59,113 nt of DNA, from the NCBI GenBank assembly GCA_025363605.1, contig JANYDO010000135.1:1-59113 (forward strand), read 5' to 3'. The stretch is from Candidatus Kapaibacterium sp. (GTDB lineage: Bacteria > Bacteroidota > Ignavibacteria > Kapaibacteriales > UBA4661). The position numbers and the translations under genes are program-made. Under the pieces are notes generated by a model. It did not search any database and was not told the origin of the DNA. It saw nothing but the letters and a program-made list of their open reading frames with translations. Of the stretch, positions 1 through 9,065 are shown piece after piece (positions within the stretch are counted from its first letter, which is position 1; each line of letters begins with the position of its first letter).

Positions 1-294
1 AAAATACACATTCTACTACTGACCACCAAAAGAACTTCGTCGCGCTATATCGCGCCGCGCCCTGCGCTCAAAGCAGCGCAGACCGTGACCGCTCAGGCTG
101 CGACGAAATGCCTTATATCCCCATGCCTGAAGGCAGGGGCTTTACGGCATACCTGGTAAAAGTGAATGTTTTCATTGATGCCTCTGAAATAAAGAAAGAT
201 ACTGATTTTTGCAATAAAATGGTAGCGGTCTCAACAAAAATCCCCGACGCACCGCTTCAAACGGCACATCGAGGAGTAAAATACTTTCACGTTC

Positions 295-2775
295 TTACCG
301 CGCAACGACCATTTTTTGAACAAAACGGCGATCAGGAAGTTGAATGTGAATCATATACACGCCGGAAGCAAGTGCGCTTGCATCTATCGGCAGAGCGTAT
401 TCGCCCGCCGAAAGCTGCGTGTTGGTTATCGTCATCACCGTTTGTCCCATCGTGTTCGCCACCGTGATTTTGACAGGCATATCATCGCCAATCGAGAAAT
501 TCACGGATGCTGTGTTCGCAACGGGATTCGGCGTAACGCCACCAAATGCAGTATTGAAATTCTCTACGCTCACCTCTTGGGCGATGGTAAAGTCCTCATT
601 CTGCGGCGGTGCTTCCGGAGCCGGCGGCGGGTTGCTGCCGGTGGAAGCGGTCTGCACACTCGTGTAGGTAGCCTTCACAAACACTCGCTGCGCAGGACTG
701 GTTGTTCCGGCATTTTTAATGCGAATGGTGTACCAGCCGGAGTTTACGGGCGTGTAGGTCAGTGTTTGGTTGCCGGTACCATTTTTGCTGGAAACTTGCG
801 TACCAGCGCTGTTGTTGATATACACCGTCAAACTCTGCATCAAATCGGTCGGATAGGTATTAAGCGTGATGGACTGACCACCTTGATTGTAGATGCGTCC
901 TACGGTACGCGGCGAGGTAGAATTTGCCGGAAGAGCGCCGCCCTGCTTGAGTGAACTAGCATGGCTATCGCCGAGATCATTCGACATATCCCATTCCTGC
1001 GTTGTGGTGCGGACTGCCGGAGCAAATGCCGCATCAAAGTTCGCTTGCTGACTGGTCGGTGCCCAAATGGAGTACCCACGGCGCGTAAGCGAACCATTAC
1101 ACGGCGGAATTTTGATGAGAACACGCTGATCGCCCTGCACGGTCGTTGTGAACCCTACATAGCTTCCACCGTAGTCTTTCAGCACCGTTCCTACCGGGAA
1201 ATCACTGTTGACCCAGATTTGTTGCTCGGTGGCAAACGCATCGGAAGCAGCAATAATAGCCTTTGCGCTGCGTTCAATCACCAACGCATCGCTGTTATCG
1301 CCTTGCACAAAGTATTCACCATTGCTTGCGGTGCGGACTTTGTAGGTTGCCGATTGGAAATCGAATTTCTTGGAACAACGAATGATGTTAGCAATATCGT
1401 CGCGGGTAGGTAAATCGGTCGTACTTGTAGGCTGGTGAACATAGCGTTTGCTCGTGCCACCCACATTGAAAAGGTCTTCAAAGAAAATCTGCGGCGAACC
1501 ATCCACCGCGAAAAGCATCGCATACGCTGCTGCTATACGCGGGTCGAAAGGGTCAATGTGCGCAGCAAGCTCTTCACCAGTGTTCCAACCGATGTAGTTG
1601 CCGTTAGCGTCCACCTGCGGGCGAAAGGTATCGTGGTTGTTCACAAACGGAACCGTGCGAGCGCGATTCCCTTGCTGTGCATTTTTAATGTCAGCCATGT
1701 AATAACCACCACCACCTGACACCATGCCATAAATAGCACCACGGAAACCAAAATCGAAGGTACCGGATCGGTTATTGACACTGGTACACCACGAGTCAAG
1801 TTGAGCGCCTCCGCCAACATATTCGCCAACGGCAAACATATTCGACGTACCGTTTGCCCAACCTGCATTGTTTTGCAAATCGTTCAGAACAGCTTCCGTG
1901 AGCCATGCGGGGAAGTGCTTGACAGCATCCAAGCGCACACCGTCGAAACCGGCTTGTTTTTTGAGCCAAACAGCCCAAGCACGAGCGCCATCGTACATAT
2001 AGTTCGATGCCTGCGCGGGATTGTAGAGCGCATTGGAGCTTGTGCCGTAGGCGTTGTTCTCATAGCTGATGTCTGGACCGAACATAACGGTATTAATATC
2101 GTTCGTGTTGACTTGGTTATTGAGTTGGTTCGGATAGAAATTTTCCCAGTTTTTAAGCCAACGCCCGGAACGCGACGTGTAATTATTTGCCGTTTCGTCC
2201 GTGGCAGGTGTAGAATAGCTGACGTAGCGGAAGTTTTTGTAGCCCGATGTTTTGCCATCGTTGTAGTTGGCAAGAGCATACGGATCTTGTCCGCCAGCGC
2301 CATTTGAAGAGCCTGCTCCGTCCATATGGTTCAGCACCACATCTTGGATGACTTCAACGCCGTTAGCGTGCATTACTGCAATCATGCGCAAATACTCATC
2401 TTTCGTGCCGAAGCGCGTTTTGAGCGTACCGCGTTGATACTTTTCGCCAAGGTCGTAGTGGTCGAAGATGCTGTATCCCATTTCATAAATAAATCCTTGT
2501 GCATCCGTGCCGGCATTAGCACCTTTGGGAGCCGACGGTATCCATACAGCATCAATACCCATTCCTTTCAAGCGTGGCGCTAAGTCTGCCAGATAATTCC
2601 ACCAACCGTTGTTGTAATTGTTATTCTTACAATTCCACCAAAAGGCTTGTAAGACCACCTTTTTCGGTTGTGCCGAAAGCTGCGCGGCAGCCGATGTCAG
2701 AAAAATTACGACCGTGATGATTGCAACGAGACGTTGCCATACGGCGCGAAGAGATTCGCGTCGAGAATAGACCAT
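295..2775 (-). CDS. Secreted GH13 alpha-amylase-family glycoside hydrolase with C-terminal T9SS (Por) sorting domain
   Basis: From ORF 295..2847, with the start trimmed to Met25 (MVYSRRE...), which is followed by a hydrophobic signal-like stretch ending AAQLSAQ. The GH13 conserved regions are visible: DVVLNH, GFDGVRLDAVKHF, FAVGEYV, FVNNHDT. The last ~75 aa (ASVNFSIG...GVYMIHIQL...VVAR) look like a T9SS type-A C-terminal domain. Confidence 0.85.
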   Translation of the reverse strand: MVYSRRESLRAVWQRLVAIITVVIFLTSAAAQLSAQPKKVVLQAFWWNCKNNNYNNGWWNYLADLAPRLKGMGIDAVWIPSAPKGANAGTDAQGFIYEMGYSIFDHYDLGEKYQRGTLKTRFGTKDEYLRMIAVMHANGVEVIQDVVLNHMDGAGSSNGAGGQDPYALANYNDGKTSGYKNFRYVSYSTPATDETANNYTSRSGRWLKNWENFYPNQLNNQVNTNDINTVMFGPDISYENNAYGTSSNALYNPAQASNYMYDGARAWAVWLKKQAGFDGVRLDAVKHFPAWLTEAVLNDLQNNAGWANGTSNMFAVGEYVGGGAQLDSWCTSVNNRSGTFDFGFRGAIYGMVSGGGGYYMADIKNAQQGNRARTVPFVNNHDTFRPQVDANGNYIGWNTGEELAAHIDPFDPRIAAAYAMLFAVDGSPQIFFEDLFNVGGTSKRYVHQPTSTTDLPTRDDIANIIRCSKKFDFQSATYKVRTASNGEYFVQGDNSDALVIERSAKAIIAASDAFATEQQIWVNSDFPVGTVLKDYGGSYVGFTTTVQGDQRVLIKIPPCNGSLTRRGYSIWAPTSQQANFDAAFAPAVRTTTQEWDMSNDLGDSHASSLKQGGALPANSTSPRTVGRIYNQGGQSITLNTYPTDLMQSLTVYINNSAGTQVSSKNGTGNQTLTYTPVNSGWYTIRIKNAGTTSPAQRVFVKATYTSVQTASTGSNPPPAPEAPPQNEDFTIAQEVSVENFNTAFGGVTPNPVANTASVNFSIGDDMPVKITVANTMGQTVMTITNTQLSAGEYALPIDASALASGVYMIHIQLPDRRFVQKMVVAR

Positions 2776-3001
2776 ACAAAAACTCCTTCGGTTTGGCGCA
2801 GCCACGAGAGGAACTGGCACCAAAAAAAACTTCAAGTGAACACACAATGGATTGAAAAGCCTGTTGAAACCGCATGGCTACGCAGCTTCAGATAAGCGTC
2901 ACAGATGGATAGTAGAAATAGAGTAAGACTACGGAACACACAAAAAGCGTAACGACATCAATAGCGTAACAACGTGATAACCGGAAAGGATTCGTGGACG
3001 G

Positions 3002-3065
3002 TAAAAAATACTGTGAGCAAGACTGAAATGGTCAGAATGGTGAAAATGCTAAAAGTCTTGCTCAC
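3002..3065 (-). terminator. Rho-independent terminator downstream of leuA
   Basis: Perfect 12-bp stem GTGAGCAAGACT (3013-3024) / AGTCTTGCTCAC (3054-3065). On the minus strand it is followed by a U-run (A-run 3003-3008 on +). It lies about 40 nt past the leuA stop. Confidence 0.6.
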
Positions 3066-3105
3066 GGGTAAGGACGCGAACAACAACAACAATTTTATTG
3101 AGCCT

Positions 3106-4752
3106 TTAGGCGGCTTTGAGTTCAAGTGCCGATGTGACATCTTGCTTATTCGTGCCGTGCGCAGCCAGCATACGGTTGATAGCGGACAAATATGCTTTTG
3201 CCGAAGCAACGATAATGTCGAGGTCTGCGCCGTGCCCGCCGAAGGTACGCGGATTTTCTTCCAGCGTTTCCAAGCGCACGGTTACTTCGCCCAGCGCATC
3301 CATGCCTTCGGTGATGGCGTGTACAGCAAACTCAAGCAGGTTACATGGTGTTTTCACAATATCGTCAATCGCCTTGAATGCCGCATCAATAGGACCGGAA
3401 CCAAGCGCCGCGACAGTAGTTTTACGCCCAGCAACGTCGCGCAGGCAGACGGTTGCTGTCGGCATACCCGTTTTACCGCAAATCACTTGCATATCTTCAA
3501 GCGAGAAGAATTCGCGCGGCTGGTAGAGTTCATCGGAAACGATAGCCTCCAAGTCTGCATCGGTAATGGTTTTCTTCTTATCGGCAAGTTGCTTGAAACG
3601 CGCAAAAGCTTTATCGAGTTCTTCGTCGTGGAGCGGATAGCCCATTTCCTTCAGGCGCATTTTGAACGCATGACGACCCGAATGTTTGCCCAAGACTAGA
3701 CGGGAAGCTGTCCAGCCGACCGTTTCGGGCTTCATAATTTCGTAGGTCTGCCAGTTTTTCAGCATTCCGTCCTGATGGATTCCTGCCTCGTGTGCAAAGG
3801 CATTTGCGCCGACAATGGCTTTGTTGAACTGAATGTTCAAGCCCGTGTAGTGCGAGACCATCTGCGACGTGCGAGCGATATGCTGCGTATTAACACCAGT
3901 AAATACGCCATACTGCCCAGAGCGCGTTTGAATTGCCATGACGATTTCTTCCAATGACGTATTTCCGGCACGTTCCCCAATGCCATTCATCGTTACTTCC
4001 ACCTGCCGTGCGCCATTGCGGACACCGGCAAGCGTGTTGGCGGTCGCTAAACCCAAATCATTGTGGCAGTGCGTTGAGAAAACAACATTTTTTGCGCCGG
4101 GCGTTTCTTCGCGGAGGTAAGCAATGAGGAAGCCATATTCTTCAGGAGTGCAATACCCGACCGTATCGGGAATGTTGAGCGTCGTAGCACCCGCTTCAAT
4201 CGCAGCTTTCAGGACGTGGACGAGAAATTCTTTATCCGAGCGTCCGGCATCTTCGGGGGAAAACTCTACGTCGGGCGTAATACCTGCATTGGTAAAGTGT
4301 GCAACAGCATACGAGACCATTTCACTTACTTTTGCAATGACCTGTTCGCGGGTCATCAAGAGTTTATACTGCAAGTGAATATCACTTGTAGCAAGAAACG
4401 TGTGGATACGCGGCTTTGCGGCATGGCGAACCGCTTGCCAGCATTTGTCAATATCGCCTTTTGTTGCCCTTGCCAAGCCCGCAACAACGGGGATATGCAG
4501 CGCAATCTGCTCGCCCGGAGCAGGATTACCAATCTCAATAGCGATACGGCGCACCGCCTCCAAATCATCGGGCGAAGCAGCGGGGAAACCCGCTTCGATA
4601 ACATCCACACCCAGCACCGCCAACTGGCGGGCAATTTCGAGCTTTTCAACACTTGTCATCGAGGCTCCGGGCGATTGTTCGCCATCACGGAGCGTAGTAT
4701 CAAATATCAACACCTTATCGTCAGCATTGACATCATTCGGGAAAATAGTCAT
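3106..4752 (-). CDS. leuA: 2-isopropylmalate synthase (a citramalate synthase paralogue is not excluded)
   Basis: From ORF 3106..4758, with the start moved to the ATG at 4752 (MTIFPND). HMGL-like/DRE-TIM motifs are present: [14 protein letters not shown] and [18 protein letters not shown]-terminal LeuA-dimer-like regulatory domain follows. Confidence 0.85.
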   Translation of the reverse strand: MTIFPNDVNADDKVLIFDTTLRDGEQSPGASMTSVEKLEIARQLAVLGVDVIEAGFPAASPDDLEAVRRIAIEIGNPAPGEQIALHIPVVAGLARATKGDIDKCWQAVRHAAKPRIHTFLATSDIHLQYKLLMTREQVIAKVSEMVSYAVAHFTNAGITPDVEFSPEDAGRSDKEFLVHVLKAAIEAGATTLNIPDTVGYCTPEEYGFLIAYLREETPGAKNVVFSTHCHNDLGLATANTLAGVRNGARQVEVTMNGIGERAGNTSLEEIVMAIQTRSGQYGVFTGVNTQHIARTSQMVSHYTGLNIQFNKAIVGANAFAHEAGIHQDGMLKNWQTYEIMKPETVGWTASRLVLGKHSGRHAFKMRLKEMGYPLHDEELDKAFARFKQLADKKKTITDADLEAIVSDELYQPREFFSLEDMQVICGKTGMPTATVCLRDVAGRKTTVAALGSGPIDAAFKAIDDIVKTPCNLLEFAVHAITEGMDALGEVTVRLETLEENPRTFGGHGADLDIIVASAKAYLSAINRMLAAHGTNKQDVTSALELKAA

Positions 4753-4769
4753 ACACAACTCTCTAAACT

Positions 4770-4810
4770 GTGAAAAATAAAGAGCATAACGTTCTCTGAG
4801 GTCGTTATGC
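4770..4810 (-). promoter_or_regulatory. Terminator-like hairpin plus U-tract in the leuA 5' leader (possible attenuator)
   Basis: 8-bp stem GCATAACG (4784-4791) / CGTTATGC (4803-4810). On the minus strand it is followed by a T-rich run (complement of 4770-4783) only ~20 nt upstream of the leuA ATG. A second inverted repeat, TTCGGTTTT...AAAACCGAA (about 4831-4866), lies upstream and could pair alternatively. Confidence 0.3.
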
Positions 4811-5000
4811 AGCGTACATTTGTAAGGACATTCGGTTTTTACTTACCAATAGTTTGAAAACCGAAAGGTTGACGAGTCATACATTAAACGTCGAAAAGAA
4901 ATATACAAACTTTGCGCTTCAAAGTCAATTCTGAGTTCAACTTCTGGTCAGAACAGGCTGTTTCTTCATAACCGATTCATCGAAAATTCATAAACAGCAT

Positions 5001-5040
5001 AAAAAAACGTGCAGTCCATTTTCAAAATGAACTGCACGTT
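5001..5040 (-). terminator. Rho-independent terminator downstream of the P5C dehydrogenase gene
   Basis: Stem CGTGCAGT (5008-5015) / ACTGCACG (5031-5038). On the minus strand it is followed by U7 (A7 at 5001-5007 on +). It lies ~25 nt after the stop at 5065. Confidence 0.7.
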
Positions 5041-5064
5041 GTAGAGAAATTGTTTGCTATGCTT

Positions 5065-6618
5065 TTACGATACTTTCTTCGTCACACTTTTGCCTTGCAT
5101 AAAGAGAAGCAAGTAATCGCGGCTTCCGGCTTTGGAATCCGTACCGCTCATATTAAAGCCGCCAAAGGGATGCACGTCCACAAGCGCACCCGTACACTTG
5201 CGGTTGAGGTACAGATTGCCAACGAAAAACTCATTGCGGGCGCGTTCCAAGCGCTCTTCGCTTTTGCTAAAGACCGCACCCGTCAAGCCAAACTTCGTAC
5301 CGTTTGCAATTTCCAGCGCATGGTCGTAGTTTTTAGCTTTGATGACCGCCAGCACGGGACCGAATATTTCTTCCTGCGCAAGGCGGGCAGTGGGCTGCAC
5401 GTCGTCAAAAATCGTCGGTTCGACGTAATACCCATTCAAACCCGCCACTTTTTTGCCGCCTGTGAGGAGCTTTCCTTCGCCTTTACCGATTTCGATATAT
5501 TCCAAAATTTTGGTCTCTGACTTGAGCGAACAGACGGGTCCGGCAATCACGTTATCTTTCGCATCGCCGATAGCGAGTGCTTTGGTAGCAGCCACAAGTT
5601 TTTCCACGAACTCCGCGTGAATTTTTTCATCCACAATCACCCGCGAACACGCCGAGCATTTCTGTCCTTGGAATCCGAAAGCCGCAGCAACCGTTCCTTT
5701 GACCGCCGCGTCAATATCGGCATCGTCGGCAACGACAGTCGCATCTTTACCGCCCATTTCCGCAACGACACGTTTCATCCAGAGCTGTCCGGGCTGTGCT
5801 TTTGCGGCAAGTTCATTGATGCGCAAACCAATTTGCATCGAACCAGTGAAGGTAACGAAGCGCGTTTTGGGATGCTGCACGAGAAAATCGCCCACTTCGA
5901 GCGGATCGGCGGAAAGAAAGTTCAGTACGCCCGGCGGCAAGCCCACTTCGCGCATAATGTCGGCAAAGAGCCAACCCATCATCGGTGTTTCGGCAGCAGG
6001 CTTTAGCACAACGGTATTACCCGCAACGATAGGTGCGGCAGCTGTTCCAACCAAAATTGCAAACGGGAAATTCCACGGCGTAACGACAAACCCTGCGCCC
6101 AGAGGAATGTAAAAATAGGAATTGTCCTCGCCTTCAATCGGAGTCAGCGCTTGCTTTTGTGCGTAGCGTATCGCTTCACGTCCGTAGAACTCAAGGAAAT
6201 CAATACCTTCGCAGGTATCAGCGTCGGCTTCCAAAAAGTTTTTTCCTGCTTCGGAAATCATCCACGCATTGATTTCAAGGCGACGCTTGCGAATCACATC
6301 GGCAGCTTTGAAAAGAAATTCGGCACGCTCGGCAGCCGGAACATTTTTCCATGACTCAAATGCCTTCCATGCTGCACTGAGCGCCTCATCTGCTTCTGCT
6401 TTGGAGGAAAGCTGGAATGTACCGATGGTCTCGCTGAGATTCGACGGATTCAGCGAAGTCAGTTTTTGCGCGGTGACGACTTCTTTTCCGCCAATAAAAT
6501 TCGGGTATTCTTTCCCAAACTGGGCGCGAACCTTATCCAGTGCGGCTTGCTGCTGTGCAGCAATAGCGGGGTCGGCAAAATTCAAATATTCTTCGGGTTT
6601 ATACGGCGGACGGCTCAT
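5065..6618 (-). CDS. L-glutamate gamma-semialdehyde (1-pyrroline-5-carboxylate) dehydrogenase, aldehyde dehydrogenase superfamily
   Basis: 517-aa ORF. ALDH motifs: FTGS, EMGGKD, FGFQGQKCSACSR (catalytic Cys). Length and termini are typical of RocA/PruA-type stand-alone P5CDH. Confidence 0.8.
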   Translation of the reverse strand: MSRPPYKPEEYLNFADPAIAAQQQAALDKVRAQFGKEYPNFIGGKEVVTAQKLTSLNPSNLSETIGTFQLSSKAEADEALSAAWKAFESWKNVPAAERAEFLFKAADVIRKRRLEINAWMISEAGKNFLEADADTCEGIDFLEFYGREAIRYAQKQALTPIEGEDNSYFYIPLGAGFVVTPWNFPFAILVGTAAAPIVAGNTVVLKPAAETPMMGWLFADIMREVGLPPGVLNFLSADPLEVGDFLVQHPKTRFVTFTGSMQIGLRINELAAKAQPGQLWMKRVVAEMGGKDATVVADDADIDAAVKGTVAAAFGFQGQKCSACSRVIVDEKIHAEFVEKLVAATKALAIGDAKDNVIAGPVCSLKSETKILEYIEIGKGEGKLLTGGKKVAGLNGYYVEPTIFDDVQPTARLAQEEIFGPVLAVIKAKNYDHALEIANGTKFGLTGAVFSKSEERLERARNEFFVGNLYLNRKCTGALVDVHPFGGFNMSGTDSKAGSRDYLLLFMQGKSVTKKVS

Positions 6619-6775
6619 AAAAAAAGTACCAAAAAAGTGAGGAAAACACGGACACTATTTTGATACAAAATTACCAGAAATTTGGCGAACATCCAACTGA
6701 GAGTTTCGCTAGGGGCGAAAGACAAGGTAGCAAGCGCTTTCCTGCACCGTGCTTAGTGCAATCAAAAGAAATAAT

Positions 6776-6804
6776 TTGGACACTATTATCAAAAGCCGTA
6801 TATT
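6776..6804 (+). promoter_or_regulatory. Candidate sigma70-like promoter for tRNA-fMet
   Basis: TTGGAC (6776-6781), 17-nt spacer, TATATT (6799-6804). The tRNA 5' end is 18 nt downstream. Promoter rules for this lineage are unknown to me, so confidence is low. Confidence 0.3.
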
Positions 6805-6821
6805 GACATTCTATTCAAGAC

Positions 6822-6894
<73 letters not shown>

Positions 6895-6907
6895 CAAACA
6901 AAGTCTT

Positions 6908-6950
6908 AAAAGCCGCTTAGAATCTTATGTTCTGAGCGGCTTTTCTTTTG
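6908..6950 (+). terminator. Rho-independent terminator after tRNA-fMet
   Basis: Stem AAAAGCCGCTTAGA (6908-6921) / TCTGAGCGGCTTTT (6931-6944), with one G:U pair, running into TTTTCTTTT. Confidence 0.75.
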
Positions 6951-6985
6951 TATTGGCAATGTAACTGCACAAAACTGTAGTATAT

Positions 6986-7066
6986 TTACCGCCCCTCCAC
7001 CACCCGAATCTCCTCCGCTGCCCAATCATACAACTCATACACCAACGCATTTATGGGTCGCTCTGT
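6986..7066 (-). pseudogene. Orphan 3'-terminal remnant (~26 codons plus stop) of a type IIG RM gene paralogous to the one at 9066..13046
   Basis: The reverse-strand translation ...TERPINALVYELYDWAAEEIRVVEGR* aligns with the intact gene's C-terminus ATDRAIDALVYGLYDLTAEEIAVVEGR*. DNA identity is ~85% over ~70 nt (6987-7053 vs 9067-9133). No similarity continues upstream and no start codon is present. Confidence 0.7.
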
Positions 7067-7235
7067 TGGTACTACTGTGAACAATATGTTGAAAATATGT
7101 GAATTTTTTGTAACTTCGCGTCCGAAGAGAGCGTCAATACAGGCGTTCAAGAATCTCTGTTTAAGAATATAGATTTTTTCGGACTTAGATTATTTTCTCA
7201 ATTTGCTTTGCCTCAATTAGCAAACTGGCTGCTGT

Positions 7236-7955
7236 ATGACCAAAATTCCCAAAAGAATCACTCCTTGTCCGATTGCCAATGCAACGGTAGAGTTTCGCTT
7301 TGCAACGGAGTGGGATGTAGAACGGCTTCGTGAAGAAGTATATTCGCGTGTAAAAGACCAATATCCACCATTTGAAGAACTTCCTATCAAACAGATACCC
7401 CAGGAAATTTTAGAACAAGAGAACGCGCTTCGGTATCAACCTTATTACCAAGCAACAACATCTTCATTTATACTGCTTCTTGGCGCTCACATGATTTCCG
7501 TTGTCAATGCCACACCATATCTTGGCTGGGAGGCATTACAATCTGAATGTCTTAGAATATGGAAGATGGTTGAGGAGCTTGATGCGGTGATAAAGATTGA
7601 GCGGCTTGGGCTGCGATATGTCAATATTTTTGAAGATATTGATGTTTTCCCTAAAACTCATATTTCGCCGACGCTCACAATAGAACAGTCTAATTTTAAG
7701 CAAGGAAAATCATACTTTCGCACGTTCTTTAGTCGTGATGGTTTTAGTTGCCTGCTCCAAGTCTCAAATGAGCTTATAGAGTCACAGCAACAACGTACTG
7801 GTTCACTCATAGATATTGATGTTTCGCTTGAAAATCCTCCTTTACAAGATACTACAACCAGTACCACACTTGACTTGGCACATACTATTGAAAAAGAGTT
7901 GTTCTTTGGATTATTGCAACCCGAATTTTTGAACACTTTTAGCCCGGAGTATTAA
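7236..7955 (+). CDS. Hypothetical protein, TIGR04255-like (function unknown)
   Basis: 239-aa ORF with no competing frame. The N-terminal PIANATVEFRF pattern and the length match my recollection of the uncharacterised TIGR04255 family, but this was not verified by search. First gene of a three-gene cassette. Confidence 0.6.
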   Translation: MTKIPKRITPCPIANATVEFRFATEWDVERLREEVYSRVKDQYPPFEELPIKQIPQEILEQENALRYQPYYQATTSSFILLLGAHMISVVNATPYLGWEALQSECLRIWKMVEELDAVIKIERLGLRYVNIFEDIDVFPKTHISPTLTIEQSNFKQGKSYFRTFFSRDGFSCLLQVSNELIESQQQRTGSLIDIDVSLENPPLQDTTTSTTLDLAHTIEKELFFGLLQPEFLNTFSPEY

Positions 7956-7957
7956 CT

Positions 7958-8464
7958 ATGCCTAATGCACTTGCATATACCACACAACCTCCGTATGACA
8001 ATGTGAGGTTTTCTCCACATCCAATCACATTTAATCTCTTTATTGATTCCTCTTTGAAAATCTCTCAGCCGAATTTTGATTTTCCACCTTCTTTGAAAAA
8101 ACTTTCCCCAAAGGCTGTTGAGGTATTGGGAGAGCATAATACCAGACGATTTGAGGAGCTGTCAGCACTAAAGGACGGCTGGGATTTTGGTCGCGGAAAA
8201 GCTCTGAATTCTGATTCATTACGGACAATAGAGTTGTTTTTGCGCTCTTACAACTCATTTCCCGAACGGTGCTCATTATTTCTATCGGCACGAGGAAATC
8301 TTGAATTAGCTTGGGATGCTGGAGATGATATGGTCAATTCTCTTGAGTTTTATCCTGAGCATATTGCCTATTACATCGAAGCCACAGACGATGAAGGTGA
8401 GGTTTCTCTGACAAACATTCATGCGCTTGTTCACAAACTTTTGTCCACAAAGAAGAATGCCTGA
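7958..8464 (+). CDS. Hypothetical protein (168 aa), no family recognised
   Basis: Starts 2 nt after the stop of the upstream gene. It is acidic, with a LKDGWDFGRGKAL...LELAWD segment. Same strand and compositional style as its neighbours. Confidence 0.6.
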   Translation: MPNALAYTTQPPYDNVRFSPHPITFNLFIDSSLKISQPNFDFPPSLKKLSPKAVEVLGEHNTRRFEELSALKDGWDFGRGKALNSDSLRTIELFLRSYNSFPERCSLFLSARGNLELAWDAGDDMVNSLEFYPEHIAYYIEATDDEGEVSLTNIHALVHKLLSTKKNA

Positions 8465-9056
8465 GATTCAACGCGGCGTACCGTGTGCGCCCGAGGAAAA
8501 AATCGTCCGTGCAATCCTGACGACTGACTATGATTCAAAAACTAATCTCCTCAAACGCTCACTTTTTGAGACCGATAACAACGGCACAGATATTTCTGTA
8601 AGCCGCCTTGCTGTGCTATCTGTATCGGAACTGTTTCCAATTTTTGCCGGCGATTTGGATACGCCACCCGATAGACTCGTTATTCAGGTTGGAACAATCG
8701 AAGTGCAAGACCTGATTCAAATGGGCGAAGACAACCTCACATCCGAAGCAAAAAAATTGGTTCGTCTGAGTGTGATTCAAGACCCTTGTCCTTTACCACT
8801 CAGAGGTCGGGATTACAAGCAATATCCCATTTCTTCATTTAATGAACTGTGTCAATGCTCCCACAATCCAAACCAACACTACTGCCCTGAAAATGCAGGT
8901 AAAGCGACAAAGCCATGCCCACGTAACTATGCCCATGCAGAAATTCGTGGTGATAAAATTAGCAAAGGACTTTCAAGTAAAATTGTTGCAGCAATCCAAA
9001 AACATCTTTATATCTATCCTCAACGAGTGGAGTACGTGCCAATAAAGACACCGTGA
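8457..9056 (+). CDS. Hypothetical protein (~199 aa) with a Cys/His-rich C-terminal segment, no family recognised
   Basis: From ORF 8421..9056. I prefer the ATG at 8457, which overlaps the upstream stop (ATGCCTGA), a classic coupled arrangement. It contains CQCSHNPNQHYCPENAGKATKPCPRNYAHAEIRG. Confidence 0.55.
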   Translation: MPEIQRGVPCAPEEKIVRAILTTDYDSKTNLLKRSLFETDNNGTDISVSRLAVLSVSELFPIFAGDLDTPPDRLVIQVGTIEVQDLIQMGEDNLTSEAKKLVRLSVIQDPCPLPLRGRDYKQYPISSFNELCQCSHNPNQHYCPENAGKATKPCPRNYAHAEIRGDKISKGLSSKIVAAIQKHLYIYPQRVEYVPIKTP

Positions 9057-9065
9057 ATCCCCCCC

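Noticed and set aside
108-467. 119-aa ORF at the left edge, and small hairpins in 1-294 (CTGCGCT-CAAAG-AGCGCAG; CCCCATGCC-TGAA-GGCAGGGG).
   Set aside because: The ORF overlaps the amylase 3' end and has no motifs. The hairpins are short or imperfect and may simply be the amylase terminator region. I could not match them to any RNA family by eye.
6650-6788. 11-nt direct repeat GGACACTATT(T/A) at 6650 and 6778 in the divergent P5CDH/tRNA intergenic region.
   Set aside because: It is too short, with only two copies. The second copy overlaps the candidate -35 element. I cannot tell an operator from chance.
6803-6808. Perfect TTGACA hexamer upstream of tRNA-fMet as the -35 element.
   Set aside because: It lies only 13 nt from the tRNA 5' end, so a -10 element would fall inside the tRNA. 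The TTGGAC-N17-TATATT pair further upstream fits better.
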